Counted from the first letter of the stretch, positions 25,243-38,962 are shown. The stretch is 64,000 nt of DNA from Lingula anatina (GCA_051362555.1 CM120644.1:12670567-12734566), one strand, 5' to 3'. Notes: generated from the sequence alone by a model not told the origin. Translations and numbers: made by a program.

Positions 25243-25528
25243 ACGATCAATCCCACATCAATTGATCTAAAACTTCACGTAAGTGTTTGCGACAGAAACC
25301 AAGTCGACCACAAGACTAAGTTAACGTAACGCTGCTTTGTTCAACAATATGAAAAAATACTAGCCTTTGCTTTTACTATATATTTATGCCTTTTTGTAAC
25401 GTATGCATAAACACATGGAGGTGATATACCAGTACATTATGCATACTTCATTCTCATATGCGGCAAGACTGATTCATTTTCATATATTCATTCTCTTCAA
25501 TGCGGCACAACTGATGAGTCTACACAAA

Positions 25529-25587
<59 letters not shown>

Positions 25588-26509
25588 TAAAAATAAATAA
25601 ATAAACAAAAGACATGCAATAACCCCGACTCCGATTTTCACGGGCATACCCAGAAGGTATGCCCGATCGTCAGGAGGTTTATTAATTATAATAAAGTACA
25701 AATGCTCCGTACTGTTGAGCACTTTGTTCCACACTTACGCTTGTTATATATATATATGTTATATATTCTATTCGGTATATAATTCAAAATTAATAGTGTT
25801 TAAAACTGCAATTAAGATAATTAATTGTATTTATGTAGCAAATGGTTTGTTTTAGTGGTGGTATTAACTTTTTGGTAATACATCAACGTTTTGTTTGGGT
25901 CTTGTGTCTGCACATTTTGACCTTAAGAAGTTGACCAAGGCAAGGTGATAACAGGGTTAAGGAATGTCTTAGCTGCTGTGTATCTAGGCATACACATTTA
26001 TATTTTATGAAAGATGTTTTGGGGACTAATTCTAGCGAGCTGCATTCAGTGAGAAGTCATTCAGCTTTGTAGCTGCGGAGATATTTACCCGCAGTTTTAT
26101 CAGCTACACTGTATTATCACTTACGTTTCTTTATTGTTATTTGTACACTGGTTATATTACCAGTCATCACTTTTTGTGGTTTCAAGCTTTGGGGATGGCT
26201 ATTTGTTACTTTGTTACTTTGTTACGATCAATCCCACATCAATTGATCTAAAACTTCACGTAAGTGTTTGCGACAGAAACCAAGTCAACCACAAGACTAA
26301 GTTAACGTAACGCTGCTTTGTTCAACAATATGAAAAAATACTAGCCTTTGCTTTTACTATATATTTATGCCTTTTTGTAGCGTATGCATAAACACATGGA
26401 GGTGATATACCAGTACATTATGCATACTTCATTCTCATATGCGGCAAGACTGATTCATTTTCATATATTCATTCTCTTCAATGCGGCACAACTGATGAGT
26501 CTACACAAA

Positions 26510-26580
<71 letters not shown>

Positions 26581-27204
26581 TAAAAATAAATAAATAAACA
26601 AAAGACATGCAATAACCCCGACTCCGATTTTCACGGGCATACCCAGAAGGTATGCCCGATCGTCAGGAGGTTTATTAATTATAATAAAGTACAAATGCTC
26701 CGTACTGTTGAGCACTTTGTTCCACACTTACGCTTGTTATATATATATATGTTATATATTCTATTCGGTATATAATTCAAAATTAATAGTGTTTAAAACT
26801 GCAATTAAGATAATTAATTGTATTTATGTAGCAAATGGTTTGTTTTAGTGGTGGTATTAACTTTTTGGTAATACATCAACGTTTTGTTTGGGTCTTGTGT
26901 CTGCACATTTTGACCTTAAGAAGTTGACCAAGGCAAGGTGATAACAGGGTAAAGGAATGTCTTAGCTGCTGTGTATCTAGGCACACACATTTATATTTTA
27001 TGAAAGATGTTTTGGGGACTAATTCTAGCGAGCTGCATTCAGTGAGAAGTCATTCAGCTTTGTAGCTGCGGAGATATTTACCCGCAGTTTTATCAGCTAC
27101 ACTGTATTATCACTTACGTTTCTTTATTGTTATTTGTACACTGGTTATATTACCAGTCATCACTTTTTGTGGTTTCAAGATTTGGGGATGGCTATTTGTT
27201 ACTT
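25243..27204. repeat. Recent 981-bp direct tandem duplication
   Basis: ACGATCAATCCCACATC starts at 25243 and again at 26224. The copies are near-identical apart from (TA)n length. The paralogous region from 41593 has a single copy. Confidence 0.9.
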
Positions 27205-27683
27205 GGTGACATTATTTTCTTTGGATAATATTCAGTTTTCCCCCAGCCACCAGTTTTTGTTATTCAAGTTTCGGCGCTGGCTGTTTCCCTTTATTGGGTG
27301 ACTTCAAGTCTTGGATCACACACAGGCCAGTATTTATTTATTGTCTTCATTTTCCCCCCTTATTCATGTGTTCTTATCAATAGATTTATAATTTGTTGTG
27401 TGATGCAACAACAGTTGTTAGCTATTTTGTTTAGGTGTCACTTCATCATGTTATTCTTGATTTTTTTCTTTTGTGTGCATCTATTTTATTTATGTTTATA
27501 TTCCTATCGGGCCAGGAGTTTTGCAGTTTTCATATTTCCTATTTCCTGGCTGTCACTGACATGCCATAATCTATTCATATCCCCATTTTCCGATTGTCTC
27601 CGTGTCCGCATTACCAGGTGAAGTATTATTAGGGGTTTCTGGTCGACTAGGTAATATGTATTTTTGGAGTTGTTATGATCTTT

Positions 27684-27986
27684 GTTCTGGGTGTACTTCC
27701 CAGGTTTTTAACTGTTTGCCTAGTAGTGAGACCCCTGTGGTGGTATCTGGTATACTAGGTTCTGGGTGTATTTCCCAGGTTTTTAACTGTTTGCCTAGTA
27801 GTGAGAACCCTGTGGTGGTATCTGGTATACTAGGTTCTGGGTGTATTTCCCAGGTGTTTAACTGTTTGCCTAGTAGTGAGAACCCTGAGGTGGTATCTGG
27901 TATACTAGGTTCTGGGTGTATTTCCCAGGTGTTTAACTGTTTGTCTAGTAGTGAGAACCCTGAGGTGGTATCTGGTATACTAGGTT
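27684..27986. repeat. 75-bp minisatellite, 4 copies
   Basis: GTTCTGGGTGTA...GGTATACTAG repeated at a period of 75 bp; paralog at about 43367-43670. Confidence 0.9.
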
Positions 27987-30045
27987 TATATTTTGTGGGA
28001 GCTGTTATGCCCCTATTCACCTAGCTGTATGTTCGTTTGCCTAGTCGGTTTTACCAGATATCCCTGTTTTTACGTGCACGGCTAAGCTGAGGCTGTTGCC
28101 TGCATGGATTTTCTCTGGCGGCAGACTAGGAGATGTTTTCTGCACTTTTAATATCAATATGGCTCGTGCCATATCTACCCAAGCTATTCGTTGGGTTTAT
28201 GCCGGGTATATATGTTCTCTGTACAAGTGTATATTTTATTCATATTACTTATTCCGTTTACTTGAATTACCTGGCCTGGGAAATTTTATTACTGAATTGT
28301 CTTATATATAAATGCAACTGCCTTTGCGCGGACTTCTTAGTTTCCTTTGTCTTTATGTTACCATGCCTTCCAAGACCCCTCCCGGGAGGAGTACCGTAGG
28401 CGATCCAGGATGTCGGTTGTCTCCAATGCGCGCTCATTATCCAGCAAATGACGATTGGCTCTTACATCCACTGCTCCTGGTGGAAAGAAGCCGAGTCACA
28501 CCGCCACACACTTCTTCTGAGACGGAATCAACCTCTACTTCACTTGTTATCGACTGCGATTTGTTGGCACAGCGTATTATTGCTCATCAAAACTGCTCAG
28601 AGGCACAGAAATGCCGAGCGCTTCTCCTTCTCCCGACTCCTCCCTGCAAGAGACTAACGTTCAGCAGCAGATACCCTGTACCCAGTATCAGCAGTCTGTT
28701 CGACACTGTAAACACACGGTGTGAGCTTCTCTCACATCATATGGCCTTTTATTTTCATTTGCGCCAACTTTTTGCTCCTATAGCTGTTGTGATTTCTCAT
28801 ATTTTTCTTGATTAATCCTGGTTACACTCATTAACATACTTTATTATTTTTATATTATGGCACTTATATAGTTTGGGGGATGTTTGATTATCTCCCCAGT
28901 TTTGTAACTTTGTATCTTATTAGTTTTCGTCATTTATAAATGACAATTTATTTTATAAACCATAGACGTGTAGGAAATATATAAATATTTATTTATAAAT
29001 TTTTACTGCCTGTTCCCAAGAGCGTTAAATGCCCCTACACTCGCCTTAGTGTCATCATTCAAAAAGTTTCTGTTGAATTGTGATTTAATTATAAATATTA
29101 GCCTTGCAATAAATTGTAACTGTCAAGCATCAGGGCCCGGTAGAACCGGTGGCACTGGTAGCTGAGGCGTGGCAGTTTCGCCATAGTAACTGCAGCGCAA
29201 AACGATACGTCCGAGAAAAACAGTTGCACCACCAGGTCCATCTAACAGAGCTTATTAGTCAAATGCTTTGCTGAGAAATTAACCTGTTATCGGTTATACG
29301 ATCAGATGGAACTATTGCTCCTTGTCATCTAAAAAATATTTTGTTTGGGTGCTTTGAAATGCCAGAAAATCGTGCTTTTGATACATTTTCCGATCACACG
29401 TTAGACTTGTAAGCGTGCCGTCATTTTCATTGACAGCTCTGGAGAGGGCCCTATCCTAGTGATGCCCAGTCGGGTGTCAAGGATATGTAGAAAGAAGCGC
29501 TTACAAAGGCGATTACGTTTAACCGCAGTTAACCGGTGAAGCTGCATTTGAACGTTTCAGTGGGTCTTCCTCGGCAATCGAGTAATTTTACCTCGGAGAT
29601 TCCTTCTTTGTTATCGGCCAAGTGATCAGATGATCTGTCGAGAGCAAGTGGCCGTCACTTGTGTTAATACGAGATTTTTACAGGTAACGCTACAGGATTA
29701 CTGTGGATTGCCTCAAATACCAGATCATTCACCGTACTTTAGGCCAATATGAAGTTATTAATTATTTTATGAATAGGTTTGATTTTCTTTCTTTCCTCTG
29801 GAAATGCATTTTTAACACGAACTTTTCTCTTCCCCATAACGTACTTGACTTCTTCACTGCTTAGCTGATGTAAGACTTATGACCTATTACCGCCCACGTA
29901 ATCGGCTTATAACTTATTAACTATGATCCGACCCTTCATGGCAACGGCCCTTAGCAACAGAGGCGTGGCTTAGTCGTCAGCCTGACTGGGGCGCGTTGTC
30001 GGTTGAAAACTCATCAAAAGACACATTTTGCAGTGCAAATTCAAA

Positions 30046-30085
<40 letters not shown>

Positions 30086-30799
30086 TCCAACGTCAGATAA
30101 TTTTTATAATTAATATAAACACACAAAAAACTCAAAAACATGATTTTAAGCGTAGTTTACCCTACTACTGGCCTTAAGGCATGGAATGATAATGTGCAGT
30201 ACTAGAAGAATATATTTGCATTTGGTTGAATTTTTCTGAAAAATGAAATCCAAGCAGAGGCATCCGTATGGGCTTTTTTGTTAAGATATATATATATATA
30301 GCCAGATACGCTTATGCCATTTCTCATTTCCTGTACAGAAATAACTGGTAAGCAATGTTGGTGTTTTCCTCAAAACTCTTGAAGAGTAATCATTACTTTT
30401 AGATGCAGGTAAAATTCAAAAATGGCCAAGGTCCCCTTTTTGTTATCATGCGTTTTTGATAGTAACAAAGGAATCTGCCATAAGAACAATGTGAAAGTTT
30501 TGATATGGCTGAAGTATATATTGATGATTCTACTGAGTGTACTGACAAATTACTCCAGTATACTTACAAAATTCAAAGAGGAAAATAAACTTTTAAGTGA
30601 AAATAAAATTTCCATAGATTTTGCAGAGTGCGGGTCTTTATAGAGGAACTAACTCAATGGCTAAAAAAGAAAACAAATATGAAAAAGGCAAATTAATTAA
30701 GTTCCAACATTTGACAATGATCTGTGTTGTAAAGTATATCTGGATTATTTTAGGCTTAAATGGACATGACAACTGTCTGTGTAGTATAGCACTTGATAT

Positions 30800-33700
30800 T
30801 TAAAGATCTAGTTTATATCCAAAATAACTTGCATCTTCCTTGTAAATATCCCAGACTTTCCTTGTCAATCTTCGGTCAATCCCTCTGAAGTATTTTTGTA
30901 TTAGCGTCTGGTTGCTAGGAATTTCAACCTTGCGATGGGATTGCGGGAATTGACTTATCAAGTTTTCAGCATCAAGAAGTTGAAACAGGTTTTCTGCATC
31001 AGTTAGTAGAGTTTCGTGATGAACAATGATGTCGTATTCAACATAGCAGGGTTTACAGGTGTCTGTTAAACTCCAGTGGTTGTTGATTGGCCCTTTATCG
31101 ACTATATACTGAAGAAAATCTGAAAATAAAATTTTTCTGTTTTTTGTAATGTTCCCATTGTAATTGCGGTTTATATAAGCTTTCACTCTAGGACCTATTT
31201 GACGTTCCCGCACTTGTTCTTTGTAAGCTGATACAATTCGCTCTAATGGATGACGTACAACCATTACCTTAAGGTAATTTCTTAAGCGTGCCCTTATGCC
31301 ATTGTTGTTGAAAGAGAGTAACTGCGTGTAATTGCCAGATTTTTTCTTGGTTATTGAATCTGATGAGGGATCAACCTGTCCAGAGAGAATCCAATACACC
31401 ATTCCCCAGCTACGACTTGCAGCTTTATGCAGGGTGCAGAGAATGAGTTTGTGTTGGTCTTCCACAAGAATACGCTGTCCTATACCCACATGGGAGGTTG
31501 AAACATTTTTACTGTTGTGGCATCTGTCTTGTAACATACGCTTTCTTCTATTGATGACTGACACCCATTCTTCTGGCACCTTGTTCCAACTGAATGACTG
31601 AAAGAAAATCTTAAAAAATTACCTCAACAAAGAAACATGTTTATGGGTAAAAAAGAGGTCAACAAAGATCACCGCACGCCAGTGTGGTGGCAGACGTTCC
31701 AGTGGTGCAGTACAAATCTGTGCAATTTGATAGGGTTTTACATGTTATAGTTAAAATGCATATAGGATAATGTAATTGGATATGGCATTTTAGTTTTGAG
31801 ATAATATTTACTTTTGCTTCAAAATCTTTAGTTGTCTATGTGCATAATTACTGTGGCACGTGCAAAGCAAAATAATAGAATGGCGGCAACCCTGATATTT
31901 GTACCACCAGCGTTAGCGCTGGCGGTACACATGGTTTCGGTCCCGTCCGGATCGTTCTGCCGGCTCCGCCGGCTCCATTGGCTCTGCCGGCTCCGCCGGA
32001 CGGCTACCGTTACCGCTTCTCCTCCTAGACGGTAAGGGCCCCCGTACCCATCTCATGGATTTAGGTCACCTATAATCTCAACTCGTTCCACGTAAAATTT
32101 GGGCTTTGTCGGTATTGGGGTCTGGGTGTGGCACTCATTGCAATGCACCCTTGTCTAAAAATGGCAAAATTAAATGCTAATTATCTACCCTACGGAAGGA
32201 GTTATGGGAAAAATTTCTATAGACGGCTTTCCAAAAGTCATATGTGTAGATTTCAAATATACCCTTGGATTTGACCTTTGACCTTTACTTCAAGGTCAAA
32301 TGGGCCAAAATTTTCAAAAAAATGAAATTTTTTACGAAAAATATTTTTTTTGCCCTGCTATTCAGACACCACACAGATTTAACCAGTAATATTATTGGAA
32401 GGTGTTACCCTTCAGGTCATCTTTCATCTCCATGAATTTGGGGTCAATCGGTGCATTTTCACGGGAGTAGCGGCCATAAGATACCGAAACTGAAAACTGT
32501 CTCTAATTCGGGAACCGTTAATGCTAGAGACCCATTCTTTTTTGCAATTTGTAGAGCATGTAAAGCCCAACACTGGAGGTTATCTCGGTTTTTTTGTATT
32601 CCATACGGTTTTTGAGTTACGCTGTATCAAAAAGTACATATTGGTGGTAAAAGCAAAATGTGCAGAATGGTAATGGATAATAAATTTTGAACTCTGGAAA
32701 AATAAAACATAAGGCTTGGCAAAGCAGACAACTTGTGTTCAAAAATGACATTATTTCATCAAATTTGAACTTCTGAAACTTCAGAGCACCTCCTATTTCA
32801 AGAATTTTGACCAAAATGACATTTTCTTTATTTTAATTAATTTTTTTCTGTACGAAATTTAAGGCACATTATGGTAACTCCAAAATTATAACATTTAGTC
32901 CCTTATATCTCCAAAACTGGCAGAGATAGGTCCATAGTTACTATTGAACTTGAATAGGAAGTCATATACTGGCAATCTTACTATGACCTTGAAAGTGACC
33001 TTTGACCTACTTTTCACCATGAACTGAACTTTGCAAATTTTTCTTCCCTTTTATCTCCAAAACTGGCAGAGATAGGTCCATAGTTACTATTGAACTTGAA
33101 TAGGAAGTCATATACTGGCAATCTAAATGTGACCTTAAAATTGACCTTTGACCTACTTTTCACCATAAACTGAACTTTGCAAAATTTGCTTCCCTTTTAT
33201 CTCCAAAACTGGCAGAGATAGGTCCATAGTTACTATTGAACTTGAATAGGAAGTCATATACTGGCAATCTAAATGTGACCTTAAAATTGACCTTTGACCT
33301 ACTTTACACCATGAACTGAATTTTGCAAATTTTGCTTTCCTTTTATCTCCAAAACTGGCTGAGATAGGTCCATAGTTACTATTGATCTTGAATAGGAAGT
33401 CATATACTGGCAATCTTACTATGACCTTGAAAGTGACCTTTGACCTACTTTTCACCATGAACTGAACTTTGCAAATTTTTCTTCCCTTTTATCTCCAAAA
33501 CTGGCAGAGATAGGTCCATAGTTACTATTGAACTTGAATAGGAAGTCATATACTGGCAATCTAAATGTGACCTTAAAATTGACCTTTGACGTACTTTTCA
33601 CCATAAACTGAACTTTGCAAAATTTGCTTCCCTTTTATCTCCAAAACTGGCAGAGATAGGTCCATAGTTACTATTGAACTTGAATAGGAAGTCATATACT

Positions 33701-35767
33701 GGCAATCTAAATGTGACCTTAAAATTGACCTTTGACCTACTTTACACCATGAACTGAATTTTGCAAATTTTGCTTTCCTTTTATCTCCAAAACTGGCTGA
33801 GATAGGTCCGTAGTTACTATTGAACTTGAATAGGAAGTCATATACTGGCAATCTAAATGTGACCTTAAAATTGACCTTTGACCTACTTTACACCATGAAC
33901 TGAATTTTGCAAATTTTGCTTTCCTTTTATCTCCAAAACTGGCTGAGATAGGTCCGTAGTTACTTTTGAACTTGAATAGGAAGTCATATACTGGCATTAT
34001 AAATGTGACCTCAAAATTGACCTTTGACCTACTTTTCACCATGAACTGAACTTTGCAAATTTTGCTTCCCTTTTATCTCCAAAACTGGCAGAGATAGGTC
34101 CATAGTTACTATTGAACTTGAATAGGAAGTCATATACTGGCAATCTAAATGTGACCTTGAAATTGACCTTTGACCTACTTTTCACCATAAACTGAATTTT
34201 GCAAATTTTGCTTCCCTTTTATCTCCAAAACTGGCTGAGATAGGTCCATAGTTACTATTGAACTTGAATAGGAAGTCATATACTGGCAATCTAAATGTGA
34301 CCTTGAAATTGACCTTTGACCTACTTTTCACCATGAACTGAACTTTGCAAATTTTGCTTTCCTTTTATCTCCAAAACTGGCAGAGATAGGTCCATAGTTA
34401 CTATTGAACTTGAAAAGGAAGTCATATACTGGCAATCTAAATGTGACCTTAAAATTGACCTTTGACCTACTTTACACCATAAACTGAATTTTGCAAATTT
34501 TGCTTTCCTTTTATCTCCAAAACTGGCTGAGATAGGTCCGTAGTTACTATTGAACTTGAATAGGAAGTCATATACTGGCATTATAAATGTGACATTAAAA
34601 TTGACCTTTGTCCTACTTTTCACCATAAACTGAACTTTGCAAATTTTGCTTCCCTTTTATCTCCAAAACTGGCAGAGATAGGTCCATAGTTACTATTGAA
34701 CTTGAATAGAAAGTCATATACTGGCAATCTAAATGTGACCTTGAAATTGACCTTTGACCTACTTTTTATCATGAACTGAACTCTGCTAATTTCTTTCTCT
34801 TTTAACTTCAAACATGACAGAGATAGGTCCATAGTTACTCTTGAACTTGAATAGGAAGTCATATACTGGCAATTTACTGTGACCTTGAAATTGACCCTTG
34901 ACCTACCTTACGAAGAACTTAAATTTGATTGTACCATATATATTTTTTGCAATAGTTTAAAAATTCTTGTTGATTGCATTTTTACAGCTTGTCAAGCACA
35001 AAACTGGTGGCTGTGTCCCTTATTTTGTGTATGTGGGGGTCTATACGAATGCGCTTGCTCCAGCTGGTGGTACAATATTCGGAGGCGGTATCGCCTCTCT
35101 GATCCTCTAGTTTTTTATGTACTGATACACAGTGAATAGGAATGTTTGATCTAACTAGTGAAAATATTGAGAAATAAGTAGAGAAATGTACGGAGAAATA
35201 CCTGCCAGATTGTATCATCTATGGCACCATTCTCTCGATTGTATTTCTGTGTTCCATTAGCAATGTTGATATTTTTGCCTTTGAATTCATCTTGATTTGC
35301 TTCTTCTCTGTGGTGAACTTGAACAGGTTGAAAAGGGAGAACCTGGGCTAGGCGTTGGCTGCCTGAAAACATTGCACAATTATGTGATAAAAGTTGAGTC
35401 AATTTGATTTTATATGAATGTCTATTGAATACATAAATCCTTTTGATTACCATCGGTTTAAATAAGTCAGATGTGTTTTGGATTGCTAATTGGCGAGATA
35501 GTAACCCAAAACACATGAAGCTTTCAGTGGTCATCAAAAACTGGGAATTTTTCAAAGACATAATCTAACATTATAATTAAGATGTTGTGTCATATAATAC
35601 TTCTTTCAATAACATCAATAGTTGTTTTATCAATCGATACTTATGTAATTGAAAGAGTTACAAAAATTTAAAACAATATACTTACCCATCCAATACAAAA
35701 AGAACAATATTGCAGAGCACTGAGTTATTACCAGTAAAACGACAAGGACCTTTTTCCATGCCATCAT
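30800..35767 (-). CDS. Carbohydrate sulfotransferase copy C, about 346 aa (3.2-kb insertion in intron 2)
   Basis: Exons 35686-35767, 35202-35362, 30800-31597. The catalytic exon differs from copy B at 4 residues and exon 1 resembles copy A. Confidence 0.88.
31898..35110 (+). mobile_element. Non-autonomous Helentron/DINE-1-like element (HINE) with central tandem repeats
   Basis: Inserted in a T-run with no TSD; empty sites at 24361 and 40711. 5' TTTGTACCACCAG with an adjacent palindrome, a CCGG/CCGT simple-repeat tract, 3' sub-TIR CTGGTGGTACAA, 3' hairpin GAGGCG-GTAT-CGCCTC, and end CTAG|TTTT. Confidence 0.85.
32906..34905. repeat. 146-bp tandem repeat array, about 13.7 copies, inside the HINE
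   Basis: TATCTCCAAAACTGG recurs at 32906, 33052, 33198 and onward. Most units contain TGACCTTTGACCT. Confidence 0.92.
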
Positions 35768-36140
35768 AATAAGTATCTTATCACCAGGGATGATCTGTCA
35801 CAGTGCTTATTCTTAAGTCACTGCTTCTGAAGTTAAGGGTTACATTTTATCTTGTGAGAATGCAGTTTGAAAAAAAGACTAACATTTACATTTACTTCAT
35901 ATTTATTCTCTTTGAAGTGTATACATTTACAGGTGCAGGAAATACCTGTACATCATGTATACTTCATTCTTATGTTACATCAGACAAGCTTTACCATTAA
36001 ATCAAATCTATCAGATTCAGCAGTTTTCAGTTTCATTTAATGTAATAATATGCCTGTTAGAATGGATGTGCTGTTATATTATCTGTGTAGCATCTTAGGG
36101 GAAACTTGTATGAGTTTGGAGTATTTGTAATTGATTCCAG

Positions 36141-36704
36141 AACAAACACCATTACATTGATTCCCTATCCACATGGCAGTTGGTCTTCTCCAATGCTTTT
36201 CCACTGTCTCAACATTACCAAACACTAATAAATCCAGTTGGTCAGTACCTAAACCTTTGTTGTCCAGTATTGTCTAGCTGATGGGCAGTTTGCTAGAGTG
36301 GGCAGTGGGCAGTAAGGAAAAGGATACTACTGACGCCTTGGAAGTAGTCAAAGAAATTTTGACCTCATCAAAAGATATAAGGCAGCTTTTCTTAAGTATT
36401 TTATCAGGTATGACTGCTCAGGTGTATTGTTATTAGACTTAAAAATACTTTCCATGTGAATGAACATTTTTCATTATTTGAAATATACAGATATATAATT
36501 TAACATTCTCACTTTAATATTATACTGTTTCCCTTCCAGTCACATTCCTAAATTATATTTTAATTTGCCTAGGGAACTTCATTACAAAAACCTGAAATGT
36601 TTATTTTTCTCAGTTTTTTCCCACCCACCCAGAGTGCAGAATCCAGATGTGGCAACAGAAGTCAGCATGTGTTGGACTTTTTCTTTGTTGTCTCTACTTT
36701 GTGA
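36141..36704 (+). pseudogene. Second duplicated TEX10 3' fragment (exon 13-like 36141-36407, exon 15-like 36633-36704)
   Basis: Similar to TEX10 exons 13 and 15. The exon 13 copy is frameshifted; the exon 15 copy keeps its acceptor, frame and stop. Confidence 0.85.
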
Positions 36705-37238
36705 AACCACCAGAGATGAGTCAGGATAATCATCTTGGGGACCACCCCCCCCCCCCCCCAAAAAAAAAAAAAAACAGGTGGAACAATTATTGTGCCTATA
36801 CAGAGGAAAAAGTAGGCCTTTTACTTCACTAACTGAATAATAATGCAATAATCCGGCTTTGCAATTGGTATGGCCAATCTTCAACAGTGAAACAATGGGC
36901 TGGTCACGTGACAGGTCACATGCAAGCATTCACTGTCAGCTATGAATACAATACGCGGTCGGATGTGGAAGCCAATTGGGCATGGTCATCCCACTCTTCC
37001 AAATCAAAATAGTGAATTCTGCTTTTGTCCAGTCCCAAAAAAGGGAATAAAAAGTCTGGGGTCCGCAATGTACTATGGAATATACAGTGTTTAAAATATT
37101 TTTAAAAAGTACAACGGTAGGAGAAGGTGTATGATGGGAAGGACTTTAATACTTTCATTATGTAACTACACTTATTGTATTTGAGAATTCTTTTTTAAAA
37201 TCAACTTTTGCATAAGATAATTTATATGCTGATAAATG

Positions 37239-38789
37239 GGCACTATAGTAGTAAAACGACCAAAGGCATAGAAATAATGCCCTGGGCTTATAAGTTTTTA
37301 TAAAAAATTAAATTATACTTCCCAAAAGGCCAATTAAAGACAGATTAAGTGCAGTGTCCAACAGATGACGCTATAGTGCCAATTTGGGGGAAAATGCTGT
37401 TATCGGAATTGGCATTTTCTCCATAACCAAGACAGCTATTCAAGTGATTCAAACGACCTCAAAAAACTGGTTGAAAGCACTTCATTGGGGTACCAGGGAA
37501 TTGTCTTAAACTATTTACTTTTGATTTTATCATCTTTTACGTTAAATTAATATTAAGATTAAGGTTATTCACTTCAAAAGACGATAACTTTCAAACAAAC
37601 AATTCCCACCAACACCCCTGGTATCAGACAGTAATCCACATTTTCAACAACAATTAGTGGGATTTTCGTAACGATCAGTTGCTGAGATATACCTGAAACC
37701 AATTCACTTATCTCGTCAATCTGGAAAGCTGTTAAAACAGCCAAAAACGTTCACAGGTTGGGTTAACAGAGCTTATTAGTCAAATGCTTAGCTGAGAAAT
37801 TTTTCTGTTATCGGTTATACGATCAGGTGGAACTATTGCTCATTGTCATCTAAAAATATTTTGTTTGGGTGCTTTGAAATGCCAGAAAATTGTGCTTTTG
37901 ATACATTTTCCGATCAAGCGTGAGACTTGTAAGGGTGCCGCCATTTTGATTGACAGCTGGAGAGGGCCTAAGGAGTCAAGGATATGTAGAAGGAAGTGCT
38001 AACAAAGGTGATTACGTGTAACCGCAATTAAAAGGTGTGAAGTTGCATTTGAATGTTTCAATGGGTCTTTCTCCGAAACCGAGTAATTTTACCTGGAAAT
38101 CCTTCTCTGTTATCGGCCAAGTGATCAGATGAAATTAAGTGTCTGTCGAGAGCAAGTGGCCGTCACTTGTGTTAATACGAGTTTTAAACAGGTAATGCTG
38201 CAGGATGGTATTCACGACACTTGGTGATTGTCAGGTCAATGGAAAAATCCAGATATTGCTTCAGAGCGGTATCTCTCGAAATGCCATCTCTGCTGCATAA
38301 AAATCAGCAGTAAAAGTGGCTGAGGCAAGGTTTTTTGAATAAAATGACAGAGTGTGGGTGATTTTTGGAACCACGAGCGTGTTGATTGTAAAAAAATATC
38401 TATTCATATCTTTTGAAGCATGTTAAAATTGCGTCGGCATTTTACTGTGGATTGCCTCTAATACCATATCATTTACCGTACTTTAGGCCAACATGAAGTT
38501 ATTAATTATTTTATGAATAAGTTTGATTTTCTTTCTTTCCTCTGGAAATGCATTTTTAACACGAACTTTTCTCTTCCCCATAACGTACTTGACTTCTTCA
38601 CTGCTTAGATGATGTAAGACTTATGACCTATTACCGCACATATAATCGGCTTATAACTTATTAACTATGCTTCGCCCCCTCATGGCAATGGCCCTTAGCA
38701 ACAGAGGCGTGGCTTAGTCGTCAGCCTGACTGGGGCGCGTTGTCGGTTGAAAAACTCATCAAAAGACACATTTTGAGGTGCAAATTAAA

Positions 38790-38875
<86 letters not shown>

Positions 38876-38962
38876 TCCAACGTCAGATAATTTTTTAATT
38901 AATATAAACACACAAAAAACTCAAAAACATGATTTTAAGTGTAGTTTACCCTACTACTGGCC
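37239..38962. mobile_element. Longer copy of the degenerate Kolobok-like element
   Basis: Homologous to 21168-22636 with about 240 bp extra near 38205-38440. Right end CTACTACTGGCC-TTAA. Confidence 0.55.

Noticed and set aside
25531-25583. YIYIYI-type ORFs over (TA)n tracts (also 26512, 38799, 41881, 45291) and the poly-L/F ORF at 50724
   Set aside because: Microsatellite translations.
27602-28024. 25-aa repeat protein ORFs on both strands (also 43285-43716)
   Set aside because: Open frames follow from a 75-bp minisatellite; no splice or domain support.
33153-34862. Repeated 80-101 aa ORFs
   Set aside because: By-products of the 146-bp satellite, whose period is not a multiple of 3.
38205-38440. 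THAP-like CLSHF motif on the minus strand of the Kolobok-like element
   Set aside because: Five residues amid stops and frameshifts; too weak to call.
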